NCBI GenBank assembly: GCA_963841435.1 | Contig: CAWJCS010000004.1 | Span: 32,001 to 96,000 of the forward strand | DNA length: 64,000 bases | Reading direction: 5' to 3' | Source: an uncultured delta proteobacterium | Lineage (GTDB): Bacteria; Myxococcota_A; Polyangia; Polyangiales; Polyangiaceae | Part shown: in pieces, positions 51,139 through 60,612 of the stretch | Layout of the letters: each line of letters opens with the position of its first letter | How positions within the stretch are numbered: the stretch's first letter is position 1 | Program-made: the position numbers and the translations under genes | Notes under the pieces: generated by a model | Databases searched by the model: none | Told to the model about the DNA's origin: nothing | Seen by the model: only the letters and a program-made list of their open reading frames with translations

Positions 51139-51693
51139 TCACGCCGGCGGCCGCAGGAGCTCGACGCCCGTTGCCACGAAGCGCACCTCTTCGGCGCTGC
51201 CGTCGGGTGCCTTTTCGCCGAAGCGGGCGCCCTCGGACTCGAGGTGCTCGACGAGCTTGGGTGCGACGTGCCGCACGGTCAGCGTGCCTTCGAGCCGGGC
51301 GCTCGAGCCGGCCGAGTCCGTCGGCACGAAGAAGCCGTAGTCCTTGAACGTGACGCGGCAGCTCGGCGAGCTCGGATCGGCGCTCGCCGCGAGCTCCATC
51401 CAGCAGCCGCGGCGCGAGCAGGCGCGGCGCACGTGCCCTGAAAGTCCCATGGATTGGTCCGCGAAGTCCGCCGGGCGCGCGAGCACGCTCGCGAGCGACG
51501 CCGGCGGCGCGGAGCCGAGCGGTACGCCGAATCGCTTCCAGTCGCCGGCGGCACGAGCTTTTTCCGGCGTGGCGCCGGATCGCCCGTTCGGAGCGGACAC
51601 GTCGGCGGCACCCGCTCGCTCGCTCTTCTCGACCGATCCCGAACGGCAGCTCACGACGAGCACGGCGACCGCGAACGCGCGTACCGTCTTCAT
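51139..51693 (-). CDS. DUF4920-like lipoprotein
   Basis: Lipobox VVSC, ACSRRGCWMEL, RVTFKDYGFFVPTD and ATGVEL. Confidence 0.85.
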   Translation of the reverse strand: MKTVRAFAVAVLVVSCRSGSVEKSERAGAADVSAPNGRSGATPEKARAAGDWKRFGVPLGSAPPASLASVLARPADFADQSMGLSGHVRRACSRRGCWMELAASADPSSPSCRVTFKDYGFFVPTDSAGSSARLEGTLTVRHVAPKLVEHLESEGARFGEKAPDGSAEEVRFVATGVELLRPPA

Positions 51694-53195
51694 GTGCCGA
51701 GCGCTCCCCGCACGCGGTCCGTCAGGCGCTCGCGGGCGCCCTTGATGGTGTCCCGCGCGAGGAGCACGGGATAGCTCGCTTCACCGTCGGGCATCAGCAC
51801 CTCGAAGCGCAGCGGGCCCTCCGGGGCTACGTCGTTGTCGTTCCAGCGCCCGGCGCCGTGAAAGCAGAGTATCTCACCGACGTACGCGCCGGCGAGCACG
51901 GCGGCGCGCCGTTCCGCAACCTCGGTGGAGGGCGCCCCAGGCACGGCGACGCCAGGCGCGACCAAGGCGAGGAAGCGCTCGATGGCCTCCAGGCTTTCGA
52001 GCGAGCGATCGAGAGGCAAATGCACCGAGCGCTCCGCCCACAGGCCGATGGCCGAGCTCCTGAGCGTGCGTCCGAGCTCCCCCAGGCGCGAAAGCTCCGG
52101 CCAGGTCGCGGGATCCCAGGGCGTCGGGGGATCGATCGGCCTGAGGTGAGGGGCCTCGGGTGGTTCGGCTGCGGGGTGCGGGCTGGGCCCGGCGTCCAGA
52201 CGCAAGGAACGGCCCGCACGCAACGCCTGCTCGACGTGGTCGAGCGGTTCGTAGCCCTCGTTGCCGTAGGAGACGATCAGCGTCGTGGGCTCGGCGACGC
52301 GACCTTGCCAGGTGCCGCCGCGCGCGAGTCGGACACACTCGCCAGCGTAGCACGCGAGCAGCATGGCGAGCGCGTACGGCGGTGTGCGAAGCTCCGGCGA
52401 GGCGACGAGGGCGAGCACGGCGTCGAGGCGTTCCAGGCTCTTCAGCGACAAGTCGTACGGTGCGAAGTGCCACGCCGCGGGCGCGCGCGTCAAAAAGGCC
52501 GCTGCTTCCGTCGCGAGCCTTGGCGCCTCGGGCATGTCGTGCACGAGCAACGTGTCGAGGCGATCGGCGGCGAGGCGCTCGAGCGTGGCGAGCGCCGCCT
52601 CGAGGTTCCCGTTCGCGAGCTCGAGCTCGAGCGGGTCCCACGTGGTGGTACCGGCCGGTCGCGGGCTCCGTAGCGCGATTTTCGGCGACGGCGGGACGCT
52701 CTCGACGGGCGCGGGCGCGGGCTCGGTGGGTACCTCGGAGCGCGGCGGCTCGAGCCGTCCGAGATTGAGGGGCGCGAACGGCGGCCCGAGACGCGCCGGT
52801 GGTGGCACGGACGGGGTCTTGAGCACGAATTGTGGAAACGTTCGCGCGCTCGACGGCGGGGGAGCCGACGGCGGCTCGTTGGGCCTCGACGGCGGGGGCG
52901 CGGGCTCGGTGGCGGGGCGCGGTGGCGGTGGCGGGCTCGTGACGCGCAAGAGCGCGCGCGCCTCCGGAAAGTCTGGGCACTGGGCGAGGACATCCTCGAT
53001 GCGCTCGCGGACCGCCGCACGGTCGAGACGCCCGCGCAAGAACAGGAGGCGCGTCGTCAGATAGGTGAGCGCGGGGCCGAACGCACCCGAGGGTCCGAGC
53101 GCCGCGAGCCGCTGCTGGGCTTCCTCGAAACGCCCAGCGTCGAGGCAACCCTCGACGGCCCGAAGCCTGTCATCGTCGAGCGGGCCTCCGGACAT
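51690..53195 (-). CDS. Hypothetical protein: TPR-like N-terminus, Pro-rich linker, two DUF3806-like repeats
   Basis: Repeated DxSLxSLExxxxxL...YxGExx....GxW units. Confidence 0.7.
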   Translation of the reverse strand: MSGGPLDDDRLRAVEGCLDAGRFEEAQQRLAALGPSGAFGPALTYLTTRLLFLRGRLDRAAVRERIEDVLAQCPDFPEARALLRVTSPPPPPRPATEPAPPPSRPNEPPSAPPPSSARTFPQFVLKTPSVPPPARLGPPFAPLNLGRLEPPRSEVPTEPAPAPVESVPPSPKIALRSPRPAGTTTWDPLELELANGNLEAALATLERLAADRLDTLLVHDMPEAPRLATEAAAFLTRAPAAWHFAPYDLSLKSLERLDAVLALVASPELRTPPYALAMLLACYAGECVRLARGGTWQGRVAEPTTLIVSYGNEGYEPLDHVEQALRAGRSLRLDAGPSPHPAAEPPEAPHLRPIDPPTPWDPATWPELSRLGELGRTLRSSAIGLWAERSVHLPLDRSLESLEAIERFLALVAPGVAVPGAPSTEVAERRAAVLAGAYVGEILCFHGAGRWNDNDVAPEGPLRFEVLMPDGEASYPVLLARDTIKGARERLTDRVRGALGT

Positions 53196-53312
53196 GCCAA
53201 CGGACAGGGTCGCGCGACGGCGACGGGGACGCAATTCGCGCGTACTCTGGGCCGAGTTTCCGCGCAGGATCGTCCGGTCGCGCCCGGCCCGCCGGAGGGG
53301 GGGCGCGGCCGC

Positions 53313-55403
53313 TCAGGGGGCCTTCGGTTCGAGCGATTTCGCGCAGCGAAAGCCGATGCCGTAGCTGAGCGCGCTCGGGGCCTGCGCGTAGCGGAACGAG
53401 GGCCGGAGCCAGCTCGCGTAGCTGCCGTTGAACGCTCCGCCGCGGATCACGCGCCGCTCGCCTGTCGCGGGGCCGGTCGGATTCTTTTCGGCATCCGGGC
53501 CGTAGGGGGCGTACCAGTCGGCGACCCACTCCCACACGTTGCCGACGACGTCATAGGGACCGAAGCGCGAGCGGCCCGCGGGGAATTTCCCGACGGGAGC
53601 CGTGCCGGCATAGCCATCGTCGTCGGGGTAGAGCGCGGCGAAGGGAGCACCGTGCCGCTTGCCCCACGTGACGCATTCGCCGCCGCACGCGTTCAGGTGC
53701 TTGGCCGTCGGGGCGTCGTCACCCCACGGGTAGACGCGACCGTCGGGCCCGCGTGTCGCGTACTCCCATTCGGCTTCGGTCGGGAGGCGTTTGCCCTGCG
53801 CCTCGCAGTAGATGCTCGCCATCTCGTGGCTGACGCAGTTGATCGGGTGGTCGGAAAGCTCGGGCTTTCCGAACGTGCAAAACCCCGCGTAAAGCCGCTT
53901 GTCCTTGGGCGTGATCTCCGGCCAGTCGAGCTCGTTGGTCACGCGCTTGCACTTGCCGATGTCGGAGCAAGCTTTGTATTTCCCGGCCGTCGTCTCGTAA
54001 AGGTCGATGCAGTAGGCGTTGAGCGTGACGTTGTGGCTCGGCTTCTCGTTGTCGAGCGCATCCTTCGCGTCGGAGCCCTGGAAGAACTGACCTGCCTTGA
54101 TTGTCGCCATCTCTTCGGGGCAGGTCGGCTCGTCGGCCACGCTCTTCGCGGGGGCAGGTGCCGGCACGCTCGAAAACGACGGGAACGGGGCCGCCGGGCG
54201 CACGCTCTCGTCGCTCGCGCCGCGCCGCGCGATGAAGATGCCCCCGACGCCCAGCATGCCGACCACGACGGCGCCGAGGATGACGAGCCCGGCCTTGCCC
54301 GCGGAGGGGCGCGCGACGTCGCCGCTCGTCGCGCTCGAGCCGTCGGTCGTCGGGGAAGTGCGGGCACCGAGCGCCCCTGGCGCGAGCTCGGTGGGCGCCG
54401 TGCTCGGACGCACCCGGCCCCCCGCCGCGGCCACGCCGCTCGGCACGGCGGCACCGGGGAGCGCCGGGAGCCCCTGCAGCGCCTGACCGAGCGCCGCCCA
54501 GAATTCGCCGGCCCGCGGATAGCGGTCCTCCGGCTTCACCGAGAGGGCCTTTTCGAAGACTGCTTCCACGGCGTCGGGCAGCGCCACGCCGAGAGCGCGC
54601 GGTGTCGGCCGCTTCACGGGGTTGCCCGAAGAGAAGCCGAGCTGCACGAGATCGTCGCCCTCGAGCGCCACGTGCCCGCACAGCATCTCGACCGCCACGA
54701 GCGCGAGCGCGAACACGTCCGTCCAGGGGCCCGTGGCGCCATAGCTGCGGCTGAACTGTTCGGGCGCGCCGTACTGCGGCGTGAACGACGTGACGCCCAT
54801 GCCGGTCTTCGCGAGCGCGGCTTTGAGCTGCGTGTTGTCGCTCATCATCTTGGCGACGCCGAAGTCGAGCACCTTGACGACGGCCTTGCCGTCGCGCGGA
54901 TCGCCCAGCACGAACAGATTCGGCGGCTTGATGTCGCGATGCGCGATGCCGCGACCGTGCGCCACGTCGAGCGCGGCGGCCGCCTGCCCGAGCAGGGCGT
55001 AGACCTCCGAGAGGGTGAACGTGGTGCGCCCCGCCAGTCGCTCGCTCTCGATGAGCTCGTCGAGAGCGAGACCGTCGAGCCACTCGAGCACCATGTACGG
55101 CATCCACTGCCCGTCGGGTGACGTGTACGTCCCGACGTCGCGCGCCTGCACGATGGCCGCGGTCTGGCTCGAAAGCTCGGTGAGCAGCGCCCCTTCCTGG
55201 ATGAACGCCTGCTGGAACAGATCGCGCTGATCGGCGGGGGCCGAGGAGAGCCCGCTGAAGAACTTGATGGCGACCGGCTTTTGCCAGATCGTGTGCATCG
55301 CCCGGTAGACGACGGCAAAGCCTCCCTCGCCCACGAGGCGCTCGACCCGATACTTCTCGGCGACGATGCGGCCGTTCAGGCCCAACGGATCGTGATCGCT
55401 CAT
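53313..55403 (-). CDS. Ser/Thr protein kinase with TM and FGE-sulfatase (SUMF1-like) domain
   Basis: GEGGFAVVY, VAIK, HRDIKPPN, DFGVAK and APEQ, then a TM segment, then RLPTEAEWEYA, GNVWEW, RGGAF and GFRCA. Confidence 0.95.
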   Translation of the reverse strand: MSDHDPLGLNGRIVAEKYRVERLVGEGGFAVVYRAMHTIWQKPVAIKFFSGLSSAPADQRDLFQQAFIQEGALLTELSSQTAAIVQARDVGTYTSPDGQWMPYMVLEWLDGLALDELIESERLAGRTTFTLSEVYALLGQAAAALDVAHGRGIAHRDIKPPNLFVLGDPRDGKAVVKVLDFGVAKMMSDNTQLKAALAKTGMGVTSFTPQYGAPEQFSRSYGATGPWTDVFALALVAVEMLCGHVALEGDDLVQLGFSSGNPVKRPTPRALGVALPDAVEAVFEKALSVKPEDRYPRAGEFWAALGQALQGLPALPGAAVPSGVAAAGGRVRPSTAPTELAPGALGARTSPTTDGSSATSGDVARPSAGKAGLVILGAVVVGMLGVGGIFIARRGASDESVRPAAPFPSFSSVPAPAPAKSVADEPTCPEEMATIKAGQFFQGSDAKDALDNEKPSHNVTLNAYCIDLYETTAGKYKACSDIGKCKRVTNELDWPEITPKDKRLYAGFCTFGKPELSDHPINCVSHEMASIYCEAQGKRLPTEAEWEYATRGPDGRVYPWGDDAPTAKHLNACGGECVTWGKRHGAPFAALYPDDDGYAGTAPVGKFPAGRSRFGPYDVVGNVWEWVADWYAPYGPDAEKNPTGPATGERRVIRGGAFNGSYASWLRPSFRYAQAPSALSYGIGFRCAKSLEPKAP

Positions 55404-56221
55404 CGGGGACGCGGATCGGGGTTCGAACCTGCCATGCTCCTCCCAACGCTCTCCCGGGACAAGGGGTCTACGCCCAAAAGCGCTCCGCGCTCCGAAAGGT
55501 CCGCGAGCAGCCTGCTCGTCCCATCGAGCACGGATGGGCTCGTCGGGACCCCAAAGCTCTCGCAGGCGAGCACGACGGCCTGCCCGAGCGCGGCCCCAGC
55601 GAGCAAGGCGTCGAGCATGGTGGCGGCCAGGGGCGAAAGCTCGAGGTAGCGCACGTCGTCGTTCGCGTCGCGGTAGACGGCGAGTGCCGTCGGCTCGCGC
55701 ACGGGCTCGCTCCGGTCCGCCTCGTTCTCGGGAAGGCGATGCACGGCGTGTTCGTAGCGCGCGACGACGAGCGACGGCGAGAAAACGAGGCAGGACTCGG
55801 GAGCGAGCTCGAGGCTCGCGGTTGCGCGCGCGTCGGGGCTCGAGGCGACGACGATCGACAGGGCCTCGTGGCGCGCGAGGTCGAGGGCCCAGGCGGGGAC
55901 CCGCGGATCGCGCGGCCAGAGCGGGGCGCAGAAGTCGAGCAGCTCGGTCGTCACGTCGCGCAGGTAGTGCGTGCGGGGGCCGCGCTCCGTGAGGAAGCGT
56001 GCGAAGTACTCGTCGAACAGCGGTCCGAGGCGGGCCATGGTTCGCGGGATCGCGAGCTCGAGCGCGCTCCGAAGCGTGCCGCGCGCGAGCGTGCGGTAGA
56101 CCAGCAACCGCGGGAAATCGCGGCGTATCGCCGTCGCGTCGCGCCCGCTGATGCCGTGGCGCAAGAGGAACGGGTCGAGATCGCTCGGTGCGAGCGCCGG
56201 CCCGAACACGAGCTCCGCCAT
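55400..56221 (-). CDS. DUF2063-type MNIO partner protein (HvfC/BufC-like)
   Basis: RLLVYRTL, AIPRTMARLG and DLARHEAL motifs. GAGG SD before ATG 56221, directly downstream of the DUF692 gene. Confidence 0.8.
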   Translation of the reverse strand: MAELVFGPALAPSDLDPFLLRHGISGRDATAIRRDFPRLLVYRTLARGTLRSALELAIPRTMARLGPLFDEYFARFLTERGPRTHYLRDVTTELLDFCAPLWPRDPRVPAWALDLARHEALSIVVASSPDARATASLELAPESCLVFSPSLVVARYEHAVHRLPENEADRSEPVREPTALAVYRDANDDVRYLELSPLAATMLDALLAGAALGQAVVLACESFGVPTSPSVLDGTSRLLADLSERGALLGVDPLSRESVGRSMAGSNPDPRPR

Positions 56222-56228
56222 GGCGTCC

Positions 56229-57104
56229 TCAAGCGTTGCTTGCACGGCGCTCCTGCCCGAGGGCGGCATCGACCACGCTGCGCACCACGCCGACCTCGGC
56301 GACCAGCTCGTCGAGCGAGGGGACGAGGTTGTCGCGCTCGAGCAACACCGGGACGGGTCCAGTGCGCGCGAGACTGAACGAAAGGAGCTCGAGAACGCTG
56401 GGGATCACGGGGGCGCCGTGGTTGTCGATGAGCAGTCCATCGGGTCGAACGAGGTGCCCCGCGACGTGAATCTCGATCACGCGCTCGAGCGGTAGGGCCT
56501 CGATGAAAGCGAGCGGGTCGAAATCGTGATTGATGGCGTTCACGTAGACGTTGTTCACGTCGAGCAAGAGCCCCGCCTGCGTGCGCTCGAGAATGCCGGC
56601 GATGAGCTCGCTCTCGGCGAGCTCGGGCTCGCCCGGGTGCGCGTAGTAGGTGACGTTTTCTAGCGCCATCGGGCGGCCGAGCCGCTCCGAGAGCTCGTCG
56701 ATGCGGTCGGCGATGCGAGGCACGGCGTCGCGTGCGAAACGGAGCGGCAAGAGCTCGTGAAAGCTCCGTGGCCCCGCGCTCGTGACGGCGAGGTGATCGG
56801 AGTGCCAGGGCGTCTCGAGGCGATCGAGCTCGTCACGCAAGGCCGCCACGAACTCGACGTCCGGCTCGCGCTCGGCGCCGAGCGACAAGGTGAGCCCATG
56901 CGTCACGATCGGGTAGCGGTCGCGCACGCGTCCGAGCGCGGCGGGGTAGTAACCGCCCCGCCGCATGTAGTTTTCGGGGGACACCTCGAAGAAGTCGATG
57001 TCGAGCGTGGGCCCGTCGATCACCTCTTCGAGAAACTCCCAGCGCAGCCCGAGCCCGATTCCGCGCGGCGCGCGGCGTAGCTCGGGACCGGGGATTGTCG
57101 TCAA
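56229..57104 (-). CDS. DUF692 multinuclear non-heme iron oxidative enzyme (MbnB/TglH/HvfB family)
   Basis: GIGLGLR, FFEVSPENYM, HGLTLSLG, WHSDHL, LENV, LLLDVNNVYVNAINH, EIHVAGH, IDNHG and LLERD motifs. Confidence 0.95.
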   Translation of the reverse strand: MTTIPGPELRRAPRGIGLGLRWEFLEEVIDGPTLDIDFFEVSPENYMRRGGYYPAALGRVRDRYPIVTHGLTLSLGAEREPDVEFVAALRDELDRLETPWHSDHLAVTSAGPRSFHELLPLRFARDAVPRIADRIDELSERLGRPMALENVTYYAHPGEPELAESELIAGILERTQAGLLLDVNNVYVNAINHDFDPLAFIEALPLERVIEIHVAGHLVRPDGLLIDNHGAPVIPSVLELLSFSLARTGPVPVLLERDNLVPSLDELVAEVGVVRSVVDAALGQERRASNA

Positions 57105-57119
57105 TGGACGTCGACGCGG

Positions 57120-57476
57120 CTAGCCGCAGGTGCCCGGACCGCAACCGGCCTTGGCGCCGGCCGCCTTCTTCTTGGCTGCGGGCTTCGGGGCCGCGGGTGC
57201 CGCTTCCGTTTTCGCCGGGCTCGTGGCCGCGGGCGCTTCGGCGGCGGCCGCTGCTGGCGCTGCGGCCGGGGTTGCCGCGGGGGCTTCGGCAGCGGCCGGT
57301 GCATCCATCGCCGGGGCGGCCTCGGCGGCCGCTTCCGGTGCGGGCGCTGCGGCTGGGACCTCGGTCGCCTCGACGGGGCTCGACGCCGGCTCGGCGGGAG
57401 CGGCTGCGCCGCCGCAGGCGGTCGAGCCGAGCGCTGCAAGCGCACTCGCAAAGGCATACTGACTGAGCTTGTTCAT
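57120..57476 (-). CDS. Putative MNIO substrate (RiPP precursor) lipoprotein ending GCGPGTCG
   Basis: AAGGAG SD, lipobox STAC, Ala/Pro/Glu linker, Lys-rich stretch and a C-terminal CGxGxCG. First gene of the DUF692 operon. Confidence 0.85.
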   Translation of the reverse strand: MNKLSQYAFASALAALGSTACGGAAAPAEPASSPVEATEVPAAAPAPEAAAEAAPAMDAPAAAEAPAATPAAAPAAAAAEAPAATSPAKTEAAPAAPKPAAKKKAAGAKAGCGPGTCG

Positions 57477-57593
57477 GTTCGGAATGCTCCTTGGTCGGTT
57501 TGAGCTCGGGTGGCCCGAGCATACTCAAAGGAAGGACGTTTGAGGGGGTACGGCGCCCCGGCGGTCGCGGTTTCGGTCGGTGTCGTGGCGCAG

Positions 57594-58373
57594 CTATTGC
57601 TTCCTCAGTCTGAGCTCCACGGAAACGCGCGCTTCGCGGGCGATTTTCCTGCTTTCCAGGGCTCGGTCACGGACCAGGGGCGCCCCGTGCCCGTCGCGCG
57701 CGCGGATGTCGTGCGTCGCAAACGACACCACGAGCGGGGTCCGCGTGTGCAGCACGAGCTCTGAGGCCGGAGGCGCTCCGGAGGTCGGACTCGGCGTCAC
57801 CTCGAGCTCGACGCTCGCGGGAGCTCGCATGCCGTGCAGCGAAAGTGTCCCGCGTGCGAGCCACCCGTCCCGGTGGGTCGCTTCGAGCCCGAGAAGCTCG
57901 AAGGTCGCGACGCGCGCGCTCGCGCGAGCCGCCGCGGGAGCTTCGGCGCCGAGGCCGAGCCAGTCGAGCGCTGCTTTCGTGAGCTCGGGATCCACATCGC
58001 CGTCACCCGACAGAAGCTCGAGGGACGTGAGGTCCGCGTCGATCTTGCCGCGCGCCGACGATGGATCGTTCGGATCGAAATCGACGGAGCCGCTCGCTCG
58101 GGTCACCCTCCCCGTGGGGGAGCCCTTGCGGAGAGGCAGCTCGAGCTCGACCTTGGCCCATACGACCGCGTAGCGCGCTCGCTCCCCGGCGGGGAGGCTC
58201 CGCGCACTCGCGGGAGCGGAGGGTGGCGTCGCGGGCCAGGGCTCGGTGCGCTCCGGCTGAGGCGGCTCCCGCCGGCAGGCGACGACGAGCGCAACCAGCG
58301 CGGCCGCGGCCGTCACGGCGCGAGCGGAGCGCTTCTGCGGTCGGCCGCGCGCGGTTCGCCGATCCTTTCGCAT
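57594..58373 (-). CDS. YceI-like domain lipoprotein
   Basis: Lipobox VVAC, GSVDFDPNDPSSARGKIDADLTSL and GTLSLHG. TGATG coupling with the upstream gene. Confidence 0.75.
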   Translation of the reverse strand: MRKDRRTARGRPQKRSARAVTAAAALVALVVACRREPPQPERTEPWPATPPSAPASARSLPAGERARYAVVWAKVELELPLRKGSPTGRVTRASGSVDFDPNDPSSARGKIDADLTSLELLSGDGDVDPELTKAALDWLGLGAEAPAAARASARVATFELLGLEATHRDGWLARGTLSLHGMRAPASVELEVTPSPTSGAPPASELVLHTRTPLVVSFATHDIRARDGHGAPLVRDRALESRKIAREARVSVELRLRKQ

Positions 58374-59887
58374 CAGTGCCAGACTCCGATGGCGAGGCCC
58401 CAGCCGAGGTAGGCGCGTGCGACGTCCAGGGAGCCGGTCAAGCGGAACCAATTTCCTTCCGGGAACGTGCCGAAGACGTCCCAGGGCAAAAGCTTCTGAT
58501 CGATGCCGAGCGTCGCATGCGCGCGTCCGCCGTCCGCATTGTCCGGAAAGCGGGTGGGCTCGAAATAGATGCCACCGCGCAGCTTCGTCCAGCGCAAAAT
58601 CGGCTCGAGCTCCACGGCGAGGCGGGGCGAGAGGCTGAGGTGCCTCCCGGAGCGTTGCGCCTTGCCGTCCAAGAACCCCTCGATGCCGATGCCGCCGTCG
58701 ACGTTGCCCGTGAGCACGAGCGAGCTCGTGATGAGCACGTACCGGCGAGGCAGGGCCTCGAACGTGGCACGGACCTGGCGGTCCACGTCGTCCTTGGCTT
58801 CTTCGACCTCTTCCTCGTCCCTTTCCGCTGCGAGCGCTTCTTCGCGTGCGAGCTCTTGCTCGAGCGCCGTCACGTCGGCGCCGCCGCGGCGTGCGGCCGC
58901 GATGCGTTGCCTGTCCCTTCGCGCGCGCTCGCGCGCCCCGTAGTCGACCCGGCGCCGCACGCGATCGACCACGTCGTCGGGATTGACCCAGCGCGGGTTG
59001 ATGGGGCGCGGGCCGAGCTGCAGCGCGGCACCGAAGTTCAGATCCCACGGCACGGTGACGCGATCGGGTAGATACCGGTCGTCGCTGGGGTCGGCGTTGT
59101 CCGTGTTGAGCTGTTGCCTTCCGCTTTTCGGCGTTTCGGCGTTGACGGCCGTGCGAAACGCAGCGCCGACGCGCACGTGCTCCCAGTTGGGTCGCCAAAC
59201 GAAGCCCGTTTCGAAACCCGCCCCCGTCGTACTGAGCAGATTCGTGCCCTCTTGGAGCACGGTGCTGCGCGTCGTGACGGTGAAGGTGGTCACGCGCATC
59301 CCGAGCCCGATCGCGAGCTGCCCGTCCCCGACTCCGTAGGCGCCGAGCACGTGGTTTTGCACGATCTGCCCGGCAAGGTCGCGCTGCCCGTCGTTCTCGA
59401 GCTCGCTTTGGCCGCGAAAGCTGTACTGCTGGAGATCGGCTGTCGCGGCGAAGCCGAAGTGGTCGATCTGGACGTGCACGGCGCCACCCAGAAAAACGTA
59501 CGGTTGCTTGCCCGTGGGCAGGCACGTCTCGCGCCCCGAGTTGAAGTAGTCGTAGTGCTCGAGCCCGCTCGGGAACGTCAGGCTGCCGCCGAGCTCCTGA
59601 TCGGCGCTCGAAAACGACGTTGGGGCGCGCACCGCGGGCGAGGCGGGGTTTTGGGTGTCGCCGTCGACGCCTTCGGCGATGGCCACGAAGGCGCCGGCGA
59701 GGCCGATCACGCGAGTGCTCGCGAACACCGGGCCTTGGTAGAGGTCGAGCGCGTAGTCGTTGGTGCGAAGGTCGGGCACCGTCGGAGGCCACGCCGCGCT
59801 GCCGTCGCTGCATTGTGCCTGCGCCCGCCCCGTGACGAACGCCGCCGCCGCGGCCGCGGCAAAAAGCCAGGGTCCGGCGGGGCGCAT
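58373..59887 (-). CDS. Probable outer-membrane beta-barrel protein (FadL-like N-terminal signature)
   Basis: Signal peptide, RVIGLAGAFVAIAEGVDG..NPA, amphipathic strands and an aromatic C-terminus (IGVWH). Confidence 0.7.
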   Translation of the reverse strand: MRPAGPWLFAAAAAAAFVTGRAQAQCSDGSAAWPPTVPDLRTNDYALDLYQGPVFASTRVIGLAGAFVAIAEGVDGDTQNPASPAVRAPTSFSSADQELGGSLTFPSGLEHYDYFNSGRETCLPTGKQPYVFLGGAVHVQIDHFGFAATADLQQYSFRGQSELENDGQRDLAGQIVQNHVLGAYGVGDGQLAIGLGMRVTTFTVTTRSTVLQEGTNLLSTTGAGFETGFVWRPNWEHVRVGAAFRTAVNAETPKSGRQQLNTDNADPSDDRYLPDRVTVPWDLNFGAALQLGPRPINPRWVNPDDVVDRVRRRVDYGARERARRDRQRIAAARRGGADVTALEQELAREEALAAERDEEEVEEAKDDVDRQVRATFEALPRRYVLITSSLVLTGNVDGGIGIEGFLDGKAQRSGRHLSLSPRLAVELEPILRWTKLRGGIYFEPTRFPDNADGGRAHATLGIDQKLLPWDVFGTFPEGNWFRLTGSLDVARAYLGWGLAIGVWH

Positions 59888-59971
59888 GCGCCCGCCTACC
59901 ATGAATGCGTGACACGGTGGTTCCGTGCCCCAGCCTTTACCGGGCTTTTTCGGCGTGGCATTCTGGGAGCT

Positions 59972-60553
59972 ATGGCTCGCGCAGAGGCGTTCCTCGTCGT
60001 AGCAGGCTGTGCGCTGTCGGCTCTCGGCTGTGGCAGGACGGCGGGCTCGGCGTGGCTCCGCGACGACAGCGTGCTCTTCGCGGGAGGACCCTCGGACGAC
60101 GCGACCGAGGGTCTCCGGCTCCCGTCCCGCCTTGGCGGTGACGTGCTGCCGGTGTCGGCCGCGGTGGCGGGCGCTCCGAGCGTCTCGCGGCCTCGGCTCG
60201 ACCACGTCGTGAACTTGGGCGAGAGCTACACATTGAACGAGGGCGCTCGGGCGAGCGCGCCGCTTTCGGGCCCCGCCCAAGCGACGGTCGTCATCGTGAA
60301 CCAGGTGACGCCCTCGGCGGCGTACCAAGATGGCTACCTCGTTGCACCGGCGCTCGTCGGGGAACGCGCGCACCGCGGCGCCCCTCGGCGTACCGGGGCG
60401 GTGCGGCATCACGAGGTGCGCTCCGACGGCCCCGAGCGCGATCGGCCGGACCCAGCGGCGCCCACGCCGCGCCCGAGCGTCGAGCGCGACGGCGCGCGGG
60501 GCGTCGCCTTGTTCGTGCGCCGGCCGGTGCGCCAAGTGCCGCCCGTGCACTGA
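59972..60553 (+). CDS. Hypothetical lipoprotein
   Basis: GGGAG SD and lipobox ALGC. The C-terminal part looks low-quality and may be frameshifted. Confidence 0.55.
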   Translation: MARAEAFLVVAGCALSALGCGRTAGSAWLRDDSVLFAGGPSDDATEGLRLPSRLGGDVLPVSAAVAGAPSVSRPRLDHVVNLGESYTLNEGARASAPLSGPAQATVVIVNQVTPSAAYQDGYLVAPALVGERAHRGAPRRTGAVRHHEVRSDGPERDRPDPAAPTPRPSVERDGARGVALFVRRPVRQVPPVH

Positions 60554-60612
60554 GCTTTCGTCGTGCAAGCGAGCGGGGTCGCGCGAACGATTCCGCATAG
60601 TATAGTCCGCGC

